A DNA stretch of 64,000 bases from Lytechinus pictus (lineage: Eukaryota): positions 23,436,001 through 23,500,000 of the forward strand of contig NC_087260.1 in NCBI RefSeq assembly GCF_037042905.1, read 5' to 3'. Below are positions 50,078 through 63,770 of this stretch, piece by piece (the first letter of the stretch is position 1; every line of letters begins with the position of its first letter). The notes beneath the pieces were generated by a model. The model was not told the DNA's origin. It worked only from the letters and a program-made list of their open reading frames with translations, and did no database searches. The translations under genes and the position numbers were made by a program.

Positions 50078-52562
50078 GTAAGTTTTTGAAGGGGTTTCAG
50101 ATTATCACATGGAATAAGAAAAGAAATTGAATTGCGTTATTCACGAAATGGTTTGGAAATTTAGTTTGTACATAGGTCGGGGTAGAGAGAATTTCTCAAG
50201 AGAGTCACTTGACACTTTTTCAACTAAGGTCATTGGAGAAGGTCTAGATTGATGTTCCTTTACTGAGTTTCTGATGTTTATTATTGTTTCCATTCTTAAT
50301 ATTGCCATATCTAGGCCATCATGTCATGTTATATTTGGTTATCATGTAAATATTACCCATTTTACTATCAGTTTTCCTACATGTAGGTAGGCCAATAGTG
50401 TTGCCCAAGTATGTGCATGAATAATATAGATTTTTTCCCCTTTTTGGGGGGATGTGTAGTTGAAGAACTACTAGAAATATCAAAAGAATATTTGTTTGGG
50501 TAGGCCCATTGTTTTCATTTTTGATTGGAGAAAAAGTGTATACACATCAAAGAAGGTTTTACAAATGCTTTTATATTTTATTATTGTTTTATTGAATGGT
50601 TTATTTCAAATATACTCTGAAAATAGCAGCCAAAAGGCTGAATTACATTCATTGTATAAATGGTATATACAGGCATATTAAAAAATATATAAAACTTAAC
50701 TAAAATAGGCAAACATCAAAATGAAATTGTTCTACAAAATAATTATACATATATGAAATTAATGGAAATACCCAGCATATGCCAAGAAAGTCGAGGTAGA
50801 ACAAAGTAGTGAGAACATGTTAGAAAGAAAGAGTGAAATAAGAGGATGAGAGGGAGACAGGAGGAATGAAGAAAAAGAAGTTGGGTATTTAACTACGATG
50901 GAAAAAATTATCAGAAATAGTAATTAATGCAAAAAATGGTAAATTAAGGAAGAAACAAATTAGATTGTGACATTTTTAAGTTAGTGCAACTAAAGGAATT
51001 CGGAGCACTTCAACAAATTACGGAAATGAAATCTAGAATAACATTATTTGGCATTGTTTTGACATTCAGGAGCTGTTTATGTATGAAATAAGTATGAAAT
51101 TATCCAGGTAGGTATATACATGATTTGTCATAATGAAATGATATTATTAATGCTATGAATTTCTTAATATTTTCATGAGTTTAAATGCTAGTTAGCTGCC
51201 AATAATGATTTTAGTTGCTTGCCATATTATTATTGGTAATATTCTGACCATGGAGCTATATGATTTAAGACATTTTTGTGTGTTTTCAGCTTCTTGGTTT
51301 AGCAGAGCATTGAGTTGTAAAAGCTTAATCGGAAGTCAGACTGGAAGCAGGTTAAGTTATTTTGTTCGTCAAGCAAAACCCACTTGACTAATTCCCAAGA
51401 TTCCGTTCCCATCTTCCTATCCCTCTTGGCTGCTTGCATTATACCTTTCTATCTTCTTTATATTATTATTGATTAAAGCGATGTTCCCTACTTTTACATG
51501 GTATATCGGTGTCATAATTTATGTTCCATCCCAGGCCTCTATGCTTCTGCAGCATATAGTCTTGGTCAAGGTCTTTTAGGGAATTATATCAATAATATAC
51601 CCTCAACATGAGGCGAGCCTTTCTCTATTTCCCAGCCGTTCAATCAACGTGCTATTTATAAGACAGTTCATTGACTCGCCTGTGTTACTACGCTCAATTA
51701 ATGACGATCTATGGTTGACACCGAAGTGGTCGGACCCTCAAGCCGTTGGATAGTGCATGAATATATCCCACGTTCTCGTCACTGAATTCTTATTCTCAGC
51801 TATGCACGTAATAATCTTGTAGACCGTCAAGTTTACTTTTAGTGCCTTAAAACTACACTCACTTATGACATGGAATTAAAATATATTAGCTGTGAATAAT
51901 GACCTGTCAAACTCTCAATGTTATTTGAATCATAAAGATTTAATTTTGAATTTCAAAAGGATTTAAAATTCAAATCATTAAACTTGGAATTTATACTTTT
52001 ACATATTTTATCAAAACCCAATGTTCAGCTTGTCACTATATATTCACAGTTGATCTAGATTTTTTTTAATCCTTGAAATTTAGAGAGTAGACAAGATAAT
52101 GTTCCCACATTAGATTATCCTCATATAACATGACATCAAACTTCAAACAAAATGTTTTGAATTATTCTTTGAATGTAGAGATTAGTGGTCTGTTGCAGTT
52201 GATTAATAAAGTAAAATAATCAATCGAAAATCAAATTTTGTTTGCGTTTATGCTTAAAAATTAAGATTTTGTCACCAAATTGAATAATATTGTGTGGTTT
52301 TTCTGCATGAATATTTTGCCCCTTGCTGTCAAAAGGGGCAATTTTAATTATAATGTGATTGTGCTCATTTTACACAAGAAAATAGCATAGCCCAGTTAGG
52401 CTACCAATCGTCCTACCAGCACACCCGAGATACAGGATTGGCCCTACAGAAGGCTGTCTGGTTTTCTCCCATGATTTTCCAAGTGGGGGGGGGGGGGGGG
52501 GGGAGAGAAAATAAGAAGAAAATATGTGAAAGGAGAAAGAAGAACATCTAAAGCTCCATTTT

Positions 52563-52858
52563 TGGTAACATGTGTGACCAAAATTATGAGGAAAAAATTA
52601 GTTTTTGAATTTTATATGAATACAATTTTTTTTTGAGATTTATAATTAATTAAACTTTCAAAATCATGCTTCTGTGTGACCCACTTCTTTTGACCTCTGA
52701 CCTTCAACATGCATATTGGACACAGAAAAATGTATTTCTAAATGATAGCTGACTAAACATGTTAATGTGATATAACCTTTGAATTGATCTCTTAAATTGT
52801 TGAATTTATAACTAATTAAAGTCAAGATTTGTCATAATTTCGGTCACACACGTGACCA
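52563..52858. mobile_element. Degenerate TIR element
   Basis: GGTAACATGTGTGACCAAAATTATGA pairs with TCATAATTTCGGTCACACACGTGACC; TSD not resolved. Confidence 0.55.
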
Positions 52859-54475
52859 AGAATTGCCCTATAACAGAAAATCTCATGTTTTACTGTTTAT
52901 TATCACTGTAATTTAATTGAGAACAAAAGAGATTGCCTTGCCCCTCCCCTCCCTATCCCCCCAATCAATATCCTGGCTCTGTATACCTGCCTAGATTGCC
53001 CCGGAAACCAGCACCTTGTTCATACACCTGTCCTCTCACCGGATGTCTTGCCAAATACAAATTCTTCTGATTGTACCATCAAGAGATATTGGTTTGCTTC
53101 GAATGCTTCATTAAAGGTGGAGTGCTCTAGAAATGTTCTTGCTGATCCATAACGATCTACATAAAGATACTACACAGAAGGATGATATTTTCCATAGGTG
53201 TATTGCCGCATCCCTCTCGTTATTCTAGCTACTCTGATTCAGCAGCACATATATACATGTAGCCTACTAGAGACAGGATCAAGATTTTCTTCTGAATATC
53301 TATACTTGAAACATATTGCCTTGTAGTGGGAGAGGCTCCGTATTGGATATTTTTACTAGTTTATCAGCTACGACTACAATATTGATCTGAGAACCTAAAT
53401 TTCAAACTCAAGTAATGTATGTATGAGGAAAATTGATGAAGAAGTATGTCTAATTCCCCAGCCATTGTAAATCATCATTTTTTCCTATTCATATCATAAT
53501 TTTTGTTTATATTTATCTACCAGGCGTTTCAAAGATTGTATTATATTCCATCACGTTATATCTTCTTATAACATATTACAAGTTTATTATTTGTATTTAT
53601 TCAATTCAATTATTCAATTCAATTCAATTTCATTTATTCACCATATAATTTAAATGCAAAATAACATACAAATATAAATGTGTACATGTAGCAGAAAATA
53701 AAAACAACAAATAAATACAATTATACATTCATGTAATAAATCAATATATGGTATGAGGCAACCCAAAAGATTAAAAGATTAAAATCCTGTAGGCAGGTGC
53801 CCCTTTATACAAAATTTATAATATTCAAGTGCAATTTTATCAATTCACACCATAAATTTGCTTTGTTGTTCTAGGTAATTCTCAGTAAATGTAATTTATT
53901 AATACCTTTTAATACAGGATAATAAAGATTCTTGTGGTGAATATTCAATAACGGTAAATATTTATTTTTAAGAATGGATAAACTCACACAAGTATTTTAA
54001 TCTCAAGCATCAAAGATTTGCCCTCACTTTCTCTGTTAAAAATAGCATGAGCACCTGCTTTTAGGGTCTATATTGACATAACCTTTTATTAAAATATCAA
54101 ACTTAGTTTAAACGGTCATGAGGGTAGAAATCGGACCGTTGTTGCCATTCTGACATCTTGCTTTTCTACCACTTGTTAGCCATACCACATTAGTGACACC
54201 TCTTATATTCAGTAGATTGGCACCTTTAATCCAGGATGCTACGTGCATTATTGACTGATATTTAGCTTTACGCAAGAGAGGTGAAGGGAAATAAACGGTG
54301 CAGATGTCGCATGAGGGGTTCGCCATGCTACCGCTACATGTCTGCCTGTCCCATTGAGACTCTGCCTAATTCATGGGTGCGCATAACGGTGGTAGAAAAT
54401 AATTGCTCAAACAGCAAATTATGCAATTTGATCTATCTGCCCTTATTTAAAGGGAATGACTGATTGATTAATTAA

Positions 54476-55062
54476 AGGAGAATGAAACCTTGAAACCAGC
54501 TGAATCCATATCAAAGAGAAAAATCAAAGAAACGTATTGTTGAAAGTTTGAGGAAGATTGAATGAATAATAAGAAAGTTATGAGCATTTGAATATTGAGA
54601 TCACTAATGCCATGTAGATCCTCCCGTTGGCAATGCGACCAAGATCTGTGATGTCACACACGTACAACTCCCTCATTACTTTAGTACTTATTTCACTTAT
54701 ATTCTCACTTTTGTTTATAGAGTCTATCACAAGGTGAGGTGTTCTCTTTATGAGAGGACAAGTACAGAGGTTTCACAACATTATATCATTGATGAATCGT
54801 TTGTCTTATGATTAGAATGAGCAAAAAGAGATGTTTTGGGGTATATTTTCAGTGTCCAAAAGGGAAGAGTTGTTCATCTGTGACATCATAGATCTTGGTC
54901 GCATTGCCAATGGGAGGATCTCCATAGCATTAGTGATCTCGACATTCAAATGCTCATAAGTCTTCTATTGCTAGTCCTATTTTACTCAAACTTTTGTTGA
55001 TCTTATTCTTTGATTTTTCTGCTTTCACAAAAGCTAACTTGCTCCAAGAGTTACATTCTCCT
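54476..55062. mobile_element. Kolobok-like MITE, TTAA TSD
   Basis: TTAA|AGGAGAATG...CATTCTCCT|TTAA; internal inverted TTGGCAATGCGACCAAGATCT / AGATCTTGGTCGCATTGCCAA. Confidence 0.85.
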
Positions 55063-56314
55063 TTAACAATATGTTATTTGAATATTTTCTTGGTTGATTT
55101 TATGATCCAATAAGCTCACCATTCAATATAACTTGCAATACACCCAATATGCATCTATGCCTTTCCATAACTTGCTTTATTTGTTATGGCTGGTGTATTG
55201 AATTGTCTAGTTTCAATGAAATATTGGATATAACTTCATGTACACTCCATATGGAGTCTTGCAAGAGGAATAATAATTGGTTGTTTTTACAGGTTTCCCA
55301 TCCCTGCCACTCGTTATTGATAACAACTGAAACATATTTAATTTATTCATTAGAATTATCAATTTATTAGGACCCATTCATTGTCAAAGAAGATGTTCAA
55401 TGTTTTATTGATGATTGACATACATACCAGTATAATTTGATTTTAATTGTAGTAAAATATATATTTTATAACATCCATCACCATTTAACAAAGTTCCATT
55501 AACAAAAAATATTTTTTCTCTCTCACTTTTAAGTTTTATCATTTAATTGCCCCTGTTATGGCCATTACAAATATCTCCTAAAGAAACTCAGTTAATTTGG
55601 TGTCTGTTATAACAATGGTTACTTGGTATTGTTTGTTCAAACACAATATAATGTTGCAAATGAAAATTCTAATCTACTCACTTGACCGTAAATTTTGCAA
55701 CTTTTTTAGATGGTCTAATGGGTGGGATGTGGGCTTTAATGTACACCATATGAAAACAGATGATGATGATTGATGGCAAAGATTGTAATTCAAAGTCAGA
55801 GATTTTCATCAATCTTTCAATTTATTATTTTTTCATTAAAATTTCTAACTCTGAATTCTTTCTTTCAAAGAGAAGAGATAGAGAGGTAAATTGTGATTTT
55901 ATCTTGATGGATGGTGGAGATAAACCTTCATCTGCTTTGCCCAGGTCATCATGGTGAATAATCAAGAGGGGGAGGGGCGAGAAGGAAGGAAGAGAGATGA
56001 AATAAAAGCATGATGAGAGATGATGATATAATTGGTGTCATTTGATATAATTTCTTTGATGCTATCGATTGACACCAGCCCCCCCCCCTTCCACCTGTAG
56101 ATCCGTGAAAAGCTAGATCAATAAAAGGATAAATGTGATTGATGATGATTGATATCTATTGACAGCTCTTTGGTAATTGGAACCATAACAATCCAATGAA
56201 TGGTGGTTTCGCTTTTCACTTCAGTCTGAAGTTTATTATCATATCTTGGAATGATCGCTATTTGCAGTTTTTGCTCCTCTGTGCTCAGCTTGGGACTGTA
56301 CATGTGCAATTTAA

Positions 56315-56787
56315 AGGGAGTGTTCTCCCTGACATAAGTTTATTGTAAAAATAGGAGAAAAATAATAAAAAATAGTAGTGAAGATTAGAGGAAAATCTAT
56401 CAAAGATTTAAAAGAGTTCTTATCATTTTAATGTTTTGATTTGTGATGTCACATGCAAGCAGCTTCACAGGTATCATGAATAAAAAAAAATGTCATTTTC
56501 TAAAAAAAAAATGAAAATGGGATTTAGTCAGCATGCAGACAATACTTCACACCCATTTCTGAAAGAAGAAATCTTTTAGCCATGAACCATAAAAAATTGA
56601 TATTTATACATTTTATATATGAATAACCTATGGGGCAGCTCCTCTGTGACATCACAAATTGCAAAATTAAAATTCTGATAATTTTTAAAAATCTTTGATG
56701 GATTTTCCTCAAATCCTTTACCAATATTTTTGATTATTTTTTTCTGCTATTTTCACAATAAACTTTTTGTCAGGGTGAACTTCCCCT
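56315..56787. mobile_element. Kolobok-like MITE, TTAA TSD
   Basis: TTAA|AGGGAGTGTTCTCCCTGACA...TGTCAGGGTGAACTTCCCCT|TTAA. Confidence 0.8.
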
Positions 56788-59700
56788 TTAAATGACTGGA
56801 AATTTAATTCATAATCATTTGTCATCTAACATTGTTGCACAAACTGACAAAGTCAAAGCCAGGCAAGCAGGCAATAAAAGCTCAAGTTACGCTAAGAATA
56901 AGTGCCAAATCACAAGGTTATGCACGGTAAGTTGCAATTGTGCACAGCTACTTTTCGTGGTGGAATGTTTGGAGCGTGCCTGTAGAGTTAATTTGTGCAT
57001 ACGCTGTTATGCAGACAGCTTGGTAGAGCAGAAAAGCTATTAGTTTACTCATATTTGCATGAGTGCCTGGTGAATCCATCCAGAGATGACATGTGAATGG
57101 AATTTAAGCCGAATACACGCCAAGATTTTGGCCCGTTATTTCCCGTTGTAGTTCTTGCTCCCCTATTTATCTTATTCATGGCTATTCACCTATTAACCCT
57201 CTCTCCCTTTCTCTCTCTCTCATTTCCCCATCTTTACAATTCTTCAACTCAGAGTGCTCGTACAATTAGTTTGATTTATTAAAGGCCGCATTCTTTTTTT
57301 TTCTCTCTCTCTCTTTCTCTCTCTCTTTGAGTTTTTTTTTTTTTTTTTTGCTAGTGCAGTGTATTCTGTACTACTATAAACAGTCATCGTTAAACTATGT
57401 AGTCCTCTGTACAGGGTAGTGATATGTTTTAGAACTTTAGCTGGTGTTGTAAGAAAACACAAATTTTTTGACTGGGACTCAATTATATTTGAGGTTCACC
57501 ATTTTGACTATCCATCCACGATCCAGTTGAAGAACTGGGGAGGTTTTTTGAGGTATTTCCTTATGAAGGAGGGGTATAAGCCTTTTGTTAGATTCAGATT
57601 AAAGTTGTATTGCTCTGCAGGTATGAATAGTTAAATTGTATGCTATAGAGTGCACCAAGGAGCTTCCAACAGGAGCTCCTTGAGTGCACTCACTGAAAAC
57701 TATAATCACGGTAATAATCAGTGCAAAATTTACTCAACACGCTCTTCGAATGTTTTGTAGTAGGTATGCATGTAGATGTATATCGGAATAGGATAACAAG
57801 TTTTATGAAAATATTGGCCTACAGACACCGTTTGTGTACAGGTGCATGTAATTTGGGAACAATGTGACTTTGAAAATGAAATTAGAGATACATACATGGC
57901 TGACAGATAATATTCAAATAGACTATTTCAAGTGTGCAGACCTGTGACTGAAGTAATAAGCTCTTCATTTAACCAAGGATATGACAGATTTTTTTTTTTT
58001 TTTGGGGGGGGAGGGATATACTCATTCATTTATTTATAAATGCATCAATGATCAAAGCTGAATTCAGACAATGATCTTCATTTTTTTGCAAATTATACCA
58101 GAAGAAGAGGTTACTAGTACAAAATTGACTATTATCCAATGATCGAGTTGCTATTTAAAAAAGGCCTCTTTCTTTTGTGTCATTTAATTTGTTTCATTAG
58201 TTGGAAATCATAGGAAGGGGGTCGGGTGACTCCACACCTATTTCACCATTCTTTTGTTGATCTCGAAACCAGGGGGGAGGAGAGGGACATTGGTCACTAC
58301 CATTAGCATCCCCTCCCCCTACCCCCCCCCCCCCCCCATCTCAAGGCCATGACTCGGGGAAAGATTGTACAATTAAAGTACTTGAGAAATGCATTAGATA
58401 TACCCTGAGAAAAGTGGCATCTTAATTTTATATCCAATTACCTGAGGTTGAGCATTGAATAGGGCCTTGAGGATGATGCATGTAAATGAAATGAAATCTT
58501 TCATGACTGTAATGACTATTAATGGACCTGCATCATGTCAGTGCATAACAATGAAATCATTACTATTTAGATTTGCTATCCAACTTCCAAGGATTCCTGT
58601 GTCGACCTTAAAACAGGTCTTCTGCACTACACTTAATATGTGCCTGTATGTTGTGCATTAATCTTACTTGCCAGCTCACTAAATTTGAAGCATGCTAGGT
58701 GTAGGACTTTCCATGCAATCATCATGCTTTAATAATATCTTTAAAAAAATTCTGGTGTAATTACTAATCATAAAACTACATTTCATTTAATAAATGTTTT
58801 ATTAAACCTTAACGATTAATTTTTTAATTTCAAAAGATTCAAATCAAATCTATAAAGTTTTCAAATTCAGTTTCGCAAGGTCTATGTTCAGCCGCTCACA
58901 TTTCACAGCCAATATTGATTTATATCAAATCCTTGCAGTTAAGAGTGTACATAGGCAATTTTTCAAAATAAAGAATACAGCAAAAAGTTTATTCTGAACT
59001 GAAATCTGTCAAGGCTGCGTTTCTTCAAATGACAACTCTGCACATTTCCTTTCCATCCTCAACTATTAATAACCCCATCCTCCCATTCTGAAAGCCAGCA
59101 AAAGTCAAAAGAAAATTCTTCTGTAAAGCTGTTTTATTGATTGTTTGCATTGCGATCAATAGATGTGTTTTGTAATGGCAATCAATTATTGATGAGGTTT
59201 ATTGAGGATAGGATCATCTGTCAAGGACCGGTGACGGTGTGTTCATACCCTCCTTCAGTTCATGTTGCATTACCATTTCAATTTTAAGATATGGTGAGAT
59301 ATTAAGTTGACTGTGTATGTGTTTGCTCAAAAGAAATGTATCCAAAGGAAACAGAAAGTAAAAGGAAAATTTACTTTCAGTTAGCAAAATGACTACTCGG
59401 TTCACTTCAAGTATTTGTGTTTTTGGGGAGGGAGAAAGGGGCACTCATTGGGAGAAAAGATTTTCAGAGGAGTTTTCATGGTATAGAAGAATGGTGATTA
59501 CGGGGTATACTCAAACAATTTCATTAATTTTATTTTTATGAGTAGAAGCTTAAAAAAGCTTTCGATGACAGGCCTATCATTTTGAACCATAGTTAAATCT
59601 AACAAGCAAGTACCATTTTTAACTGGCTATGAAACATCAAAGCAAACATCCATTTCATAAAGTGTGAATACACGCTTCCTGGTAGAGAGGATCGGGGTAT

Positions 59701-60025
59701 ATTTGTATGTTTTGTTGTCATTTAAGAAACGTTGTTTGGGCAGGAAAGTGTCACAAACTTGATTTGGTTGCCTGAACGGTTTAACCATTGTATGTTTCTA
59801 TGGAATGTCAATCAGACAGGCAGTTTTACAGTGATGGGGAGAAGACTTGGCTATCTGTAAGTTTGTACATCTGAGTTTTGTCAGTATTCAACTATTTCAA
59901 AATCTAGGCCTGATTTACATAATTAGGCCCTACATGTATGCTTTAGTCTAATTTTCTTATTGCACTCTACATGTACACCCGCACTGAACTGGTGGGGGTA
60001 AGATGTGCAGTTTTAATTTCAGTTA

Positions 60026-60440
60026 AGGCGACTGCACACCTTTCGATTGGTCTGCGACCCGATTTCAGAATAAAATGTAGTAGAATTTGATGCTAACATT
60101 GAGACTTGGAATATCTTACTGTGTAATGTTCTAAATCATCATACGAATACCTATGTTCAAATCTGTGACTATGCTATCATCCTTCTTAGAATAAAAGCGA
60201 ATTTAATATCTAGTCGTAATGACGTCATAGCAGTCGTATGATTGGCTACGATTTGAAACTAATTTGGCCTTTACTCCGAAATAAAGGCTTGCAATCTTTC
60301 AAAATGGTTATATTAGTATTTGTTCAATTAATTTAAACCTCAAATAAAATGATAAGTTCCATTCACATTTTCAGAAAATGAGCAGAATGCGATTTGTTCC
60401 AAAATCGGATCGCGAACAGTCGTAAGGTGTGCGGTGGCCT
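60026..60440. mobile_element. MITE, probably Harbinger-type (flanks TTA/TAA; a TTAA TSD is the alternative reading)
   Basis: TIR AGGCGACTGCACACCTTTCGA pairs with TCGTAAGGTGTGCGGTGGCCT. Confidence 0.75.
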
Positions 60441-61147
60441 TAAAACACCATTCTATAAGTAAAGAAAATCTTCTGTAATTGGTAATTTTTTAATTACTGT
60501 TTATTGTTATAGTAAGAGTAGAATAGAGATAAAATCAGATGCAGATTTATCTTCAAGTTAATTTTCCTGGTCGCAACATAGGCCTACATAATTTTACTCT
60601 TACAGAATACACTGGTTGAAGGAAAAAAATGGTGAACAATTTTTGCCAAAATTTAAGATTTTGGTGTTCATTCATTTTGGCCTGTCCTAAAGCTATTGTT
60701 TTTCTCTCTAAAATCATATCACTTAGTTAAATAATACTACACCATAAAGTACTAGATAATGATCATAAATTTCTATAGCGGCCCTTTTCAGAACCTGCAT
60801 TTAATATAAATACTGTACTATGTGATGCCATTTCTGCTCAGCATAGGAGATATCCTACAGATAATGTAGGCTATAAATCCCAGGCTTTGCGAGGAGGGCC
60901 CTTGTAATGTGTGGTTTATGGTTACTGTTGATCTGTCTGTGTTTATAATCTGTCAATGTTTTTAATGATGTGGGTAGCAAAACTGTCACATGGTTACAGA
61001 CAGGCAAACCAAACTCATATGTCTTGAGATTGAGAAAGTGGAGATGTTAGCTTTACAACACATATAACTAACCAGACTCAGGTAGGGGGGGCTAATATTA
61101 CCCCCTTCAATAGTTCTTGCCCTTTTCTTTTGAATATTATTATTTTA

Positions 61148-62209
61148 AGGCCAAGTCCACCCCAATAAATTGATTTGAACAACTATAGAGAGAAAAAAAA
61201 ATAACACAAAATTCCATCAAAATTGGATGTCGACAGATACATGTATGAAAGTTATGAGCTTTTTGCTTATTTTCACAAAACAGTTAATAGGCCTATAATT
61301 ATTCACAACAGTATGCAAAGAAGAATCCAATGATGTAACACACTATCTATTTCAGTACCGGGTATTTCTAATTTCTAGATTCATTTTGTTGTAAAAAAAT
61401 GAAATTTTTAAACAAGAATAATGTTTTATTGAGTTGTCAGACTCAATTGGCACTCCGTTGTCATAAACTTCCTGTATCTTTGTTTGTTATACATGAACGC
61501 ATGATTATATCCTGCATCTTGCTTGTAATTTTGTGTTCTATATCAATTTACCAAGTAGCCTTCATACTGACCCCCTATGCTGGAACGTCTGCCCCCTAGC
61601 ATGGCAAACCCCAAAATAGAAACGATTCCAATCATTACCTGACCTCACATTTAAGTGAAAGTCCATGTCAAATTGATTTTGTAACCAATTTTCTTATGTT
61701 TATCATTTCTATGGCCAATCTTATTTCTATAATGTGTAAGGTAAGTGTGTGAATAGACAGCAAATTAAATGGAATTGGTTTTTTTTTCTCTATTTTTTAA
61801 AGAAAGAAATTGATTAAAGAGGTATTATTAAGAAATAGAAATGAGGTCATGAAATAGTAAAGTAGATACTTCAAGTGTAACCTATAATCGTTCAAGTTTT
61901 TTACCTTTGTTTTTTTAAACCAACTCCTCAATGAATGATATCATTACTATTACTCTCTAGATTGTTTTCAGAAAATAAAAGGATTAAAAGAAAAAGATTA
62001 TGGTTTACCTTTTTGAAGGAACTAAAATCTACTTATCTCAATTGATAATACAAAAAAATAGGACAATAAAGGAAGACATATATAATATGCTTACTTTATA
62101 TTATTTTGGAAATCTAGGAAACCCTACGATGTAATGTCTACTGATTTTTTTTTAAAATAAATGCCCTTTTATGGGTGAAAGGAAAAATACATCAGTTTAG
62201 ACTTGCCCT
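61148..62209. mobile_element. Degenerate Kolobok-like element of the 30879 family
   Basis: AGGCCAAGTCCACCCCAA at the left end and GACTTGCCCT|TTAA at the right end. Confidence 0.5.
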
Positions 62210-62824
62210 TTAAGATGAATCTAGTCGACATCTGGTATTGATTTACTTTCAGTCCAACCTAAACTTGACTGTGGGCATCTTTCATCATTTAGATGACAAA
62301 CTCGACGCGCTGTGGGTGTTCTTATAACACCTAGCCAGAAATTTCCTGGCCTCCGGAAGAAAAGATTGAATTGATTTTCCCATTTGTGCTCTTTTTGGTT
62401 GTCTAATTATACTGTAAAAGTGAGAAGTGTAAAATATACCCCTTTCATAATGAGCCCTTCCCTGTTGAAGTTAAGTAAGTGGTAAAGATGGTGAAAACAT
62501 CCCTGTTGAACTTACTTTCAGAATGGATGAGAGTTTTGCTTGTTGGAGTAAATGCAGTGAAGTACATGGTTAACCTGTTTAAAAGGGGCAGCATATGATT
62601 ATATACAGGTATGGTAAAATGCACAAGGCAAATCCATCGTAGTGACCCTAAGATGGCTAGTATAGGCTTATTCAATTTTAATGAGTGTGAAATATTTTCA
62701 TTGTTTTGGTTTTAAAATTTGTTATGAACAAATGACATTGGCAAGGAACACAAACAATATTACCTTTCATAAAGACTGTAATCCTGTCTCTGAATGTTCA
62801 GTCATCAGCCAGAGTATATTCTTA

Positions 62825-63212
62825 TACCCCTTTCACAAACCCATCCTCCAATTATCCGCCTTTAGAAGAGTAATGCGGATAATTCAATAAAAATTGCATT
62901 CACAAACTCAGAAAATAATCCGCACTATTTTTTTACGAGCGCCCGACCTGAAAAAGGCGGATAATTATCATGGCAACTGCACACGCCCCCTCCGATGGGG
63001 TTGTGTTGGAAAAGGGTGACCTTTTGTGACCGCACCATGGCAATTATCCACATTACTTTGGAAATGCGTTCACAAAGCCAAATCTGGTCCCGATGCTGCT
63101 AATATGCGGATAATTGCAGCATCGAAATAATGTGGATAACTCTGGTCCCGCTCCGATTTTACAACCAAATTATGCGGATATTATCCGCATAATTGGGTTT
63201 GTGAAAGGGGTA
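62825..63212. mobile_element. Harbinger-type MITE, flanks TTA/TCA
   Basis: TIR TACCCCTTTCACAAACCCA pairs with TGGGTTTGTGAAAGGGGTA; internal ATTATCCGC/GCGGATAAT repeats. Confidence 0.85.
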
Positions 63213-63255
63213 TCAGAAGATCCAACAAAGATTTGTTTTTTTCTTTTGACTGCAG

Positions 63256-63770
63256 ATCACTAGAACCAGGAACATACATCAAACGTTCAGCCACTAGTCT
63301 TGCTTCCAGCCATCGCTGTGGAACCATTGGGGCAGGCAGCCACGCCGGCCTTGCGAGCCGAGACCGCATCGGGACCAACCAGACCACCATGACCATATCC
63401 TTTGGTCTCACAGCCGTTGGCATTCTCTGGTCTATCGTCTCAATCATAGCAACGATGGCCTCCTCTATCGGCCTCTTTATGCCTTACTGGATGCGTGGCC
63501 ATATGTTCAATGGAACTCTTCCCGTCCATTTCGGTGTCTTCCGTCGGTGTAACTACCCGACAGCGCCCAACAACTACGTCTTTGACTGTGGACATTATAC
63601 AACCTTTGGGGACATACCCACGTTGACGTGGAAGATTTGTACCATAGTAATTGGACTTGCTTGTATTTCATCTATGTTTGTTGGACTAACGTCATTGTTA
63701 GCGTGCTGTATGAGAGACTTGGTCACGCGGAAAGTTGGAAAAGTTTGTGGAGTTATTCAATTCATTGCAG
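63256..63770 (+). CDS. LHFPL6: LHFPL tetraspan subfamily member 6 (LHFP) homolog, main N-terminal coding exon (gene continues beyond the window)
   Basis: Acceptor TTTTGACTGCAG|63256, donor GCAG|GTAAGT at 63771, internal ATG at 63389. GLTAVGILW...GLFMPYW...FGVFRRCNYP...CGHYTTFGDIP...WKICTIVIG...CCMRDLVTRKVGKVCGVIQFIAG parallels vertebrate LHFP as I recall it (GFFMPYW, FGTFRRCSYP, WRICTIVTG, GGIQFLGG). Confidence 0.88.
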
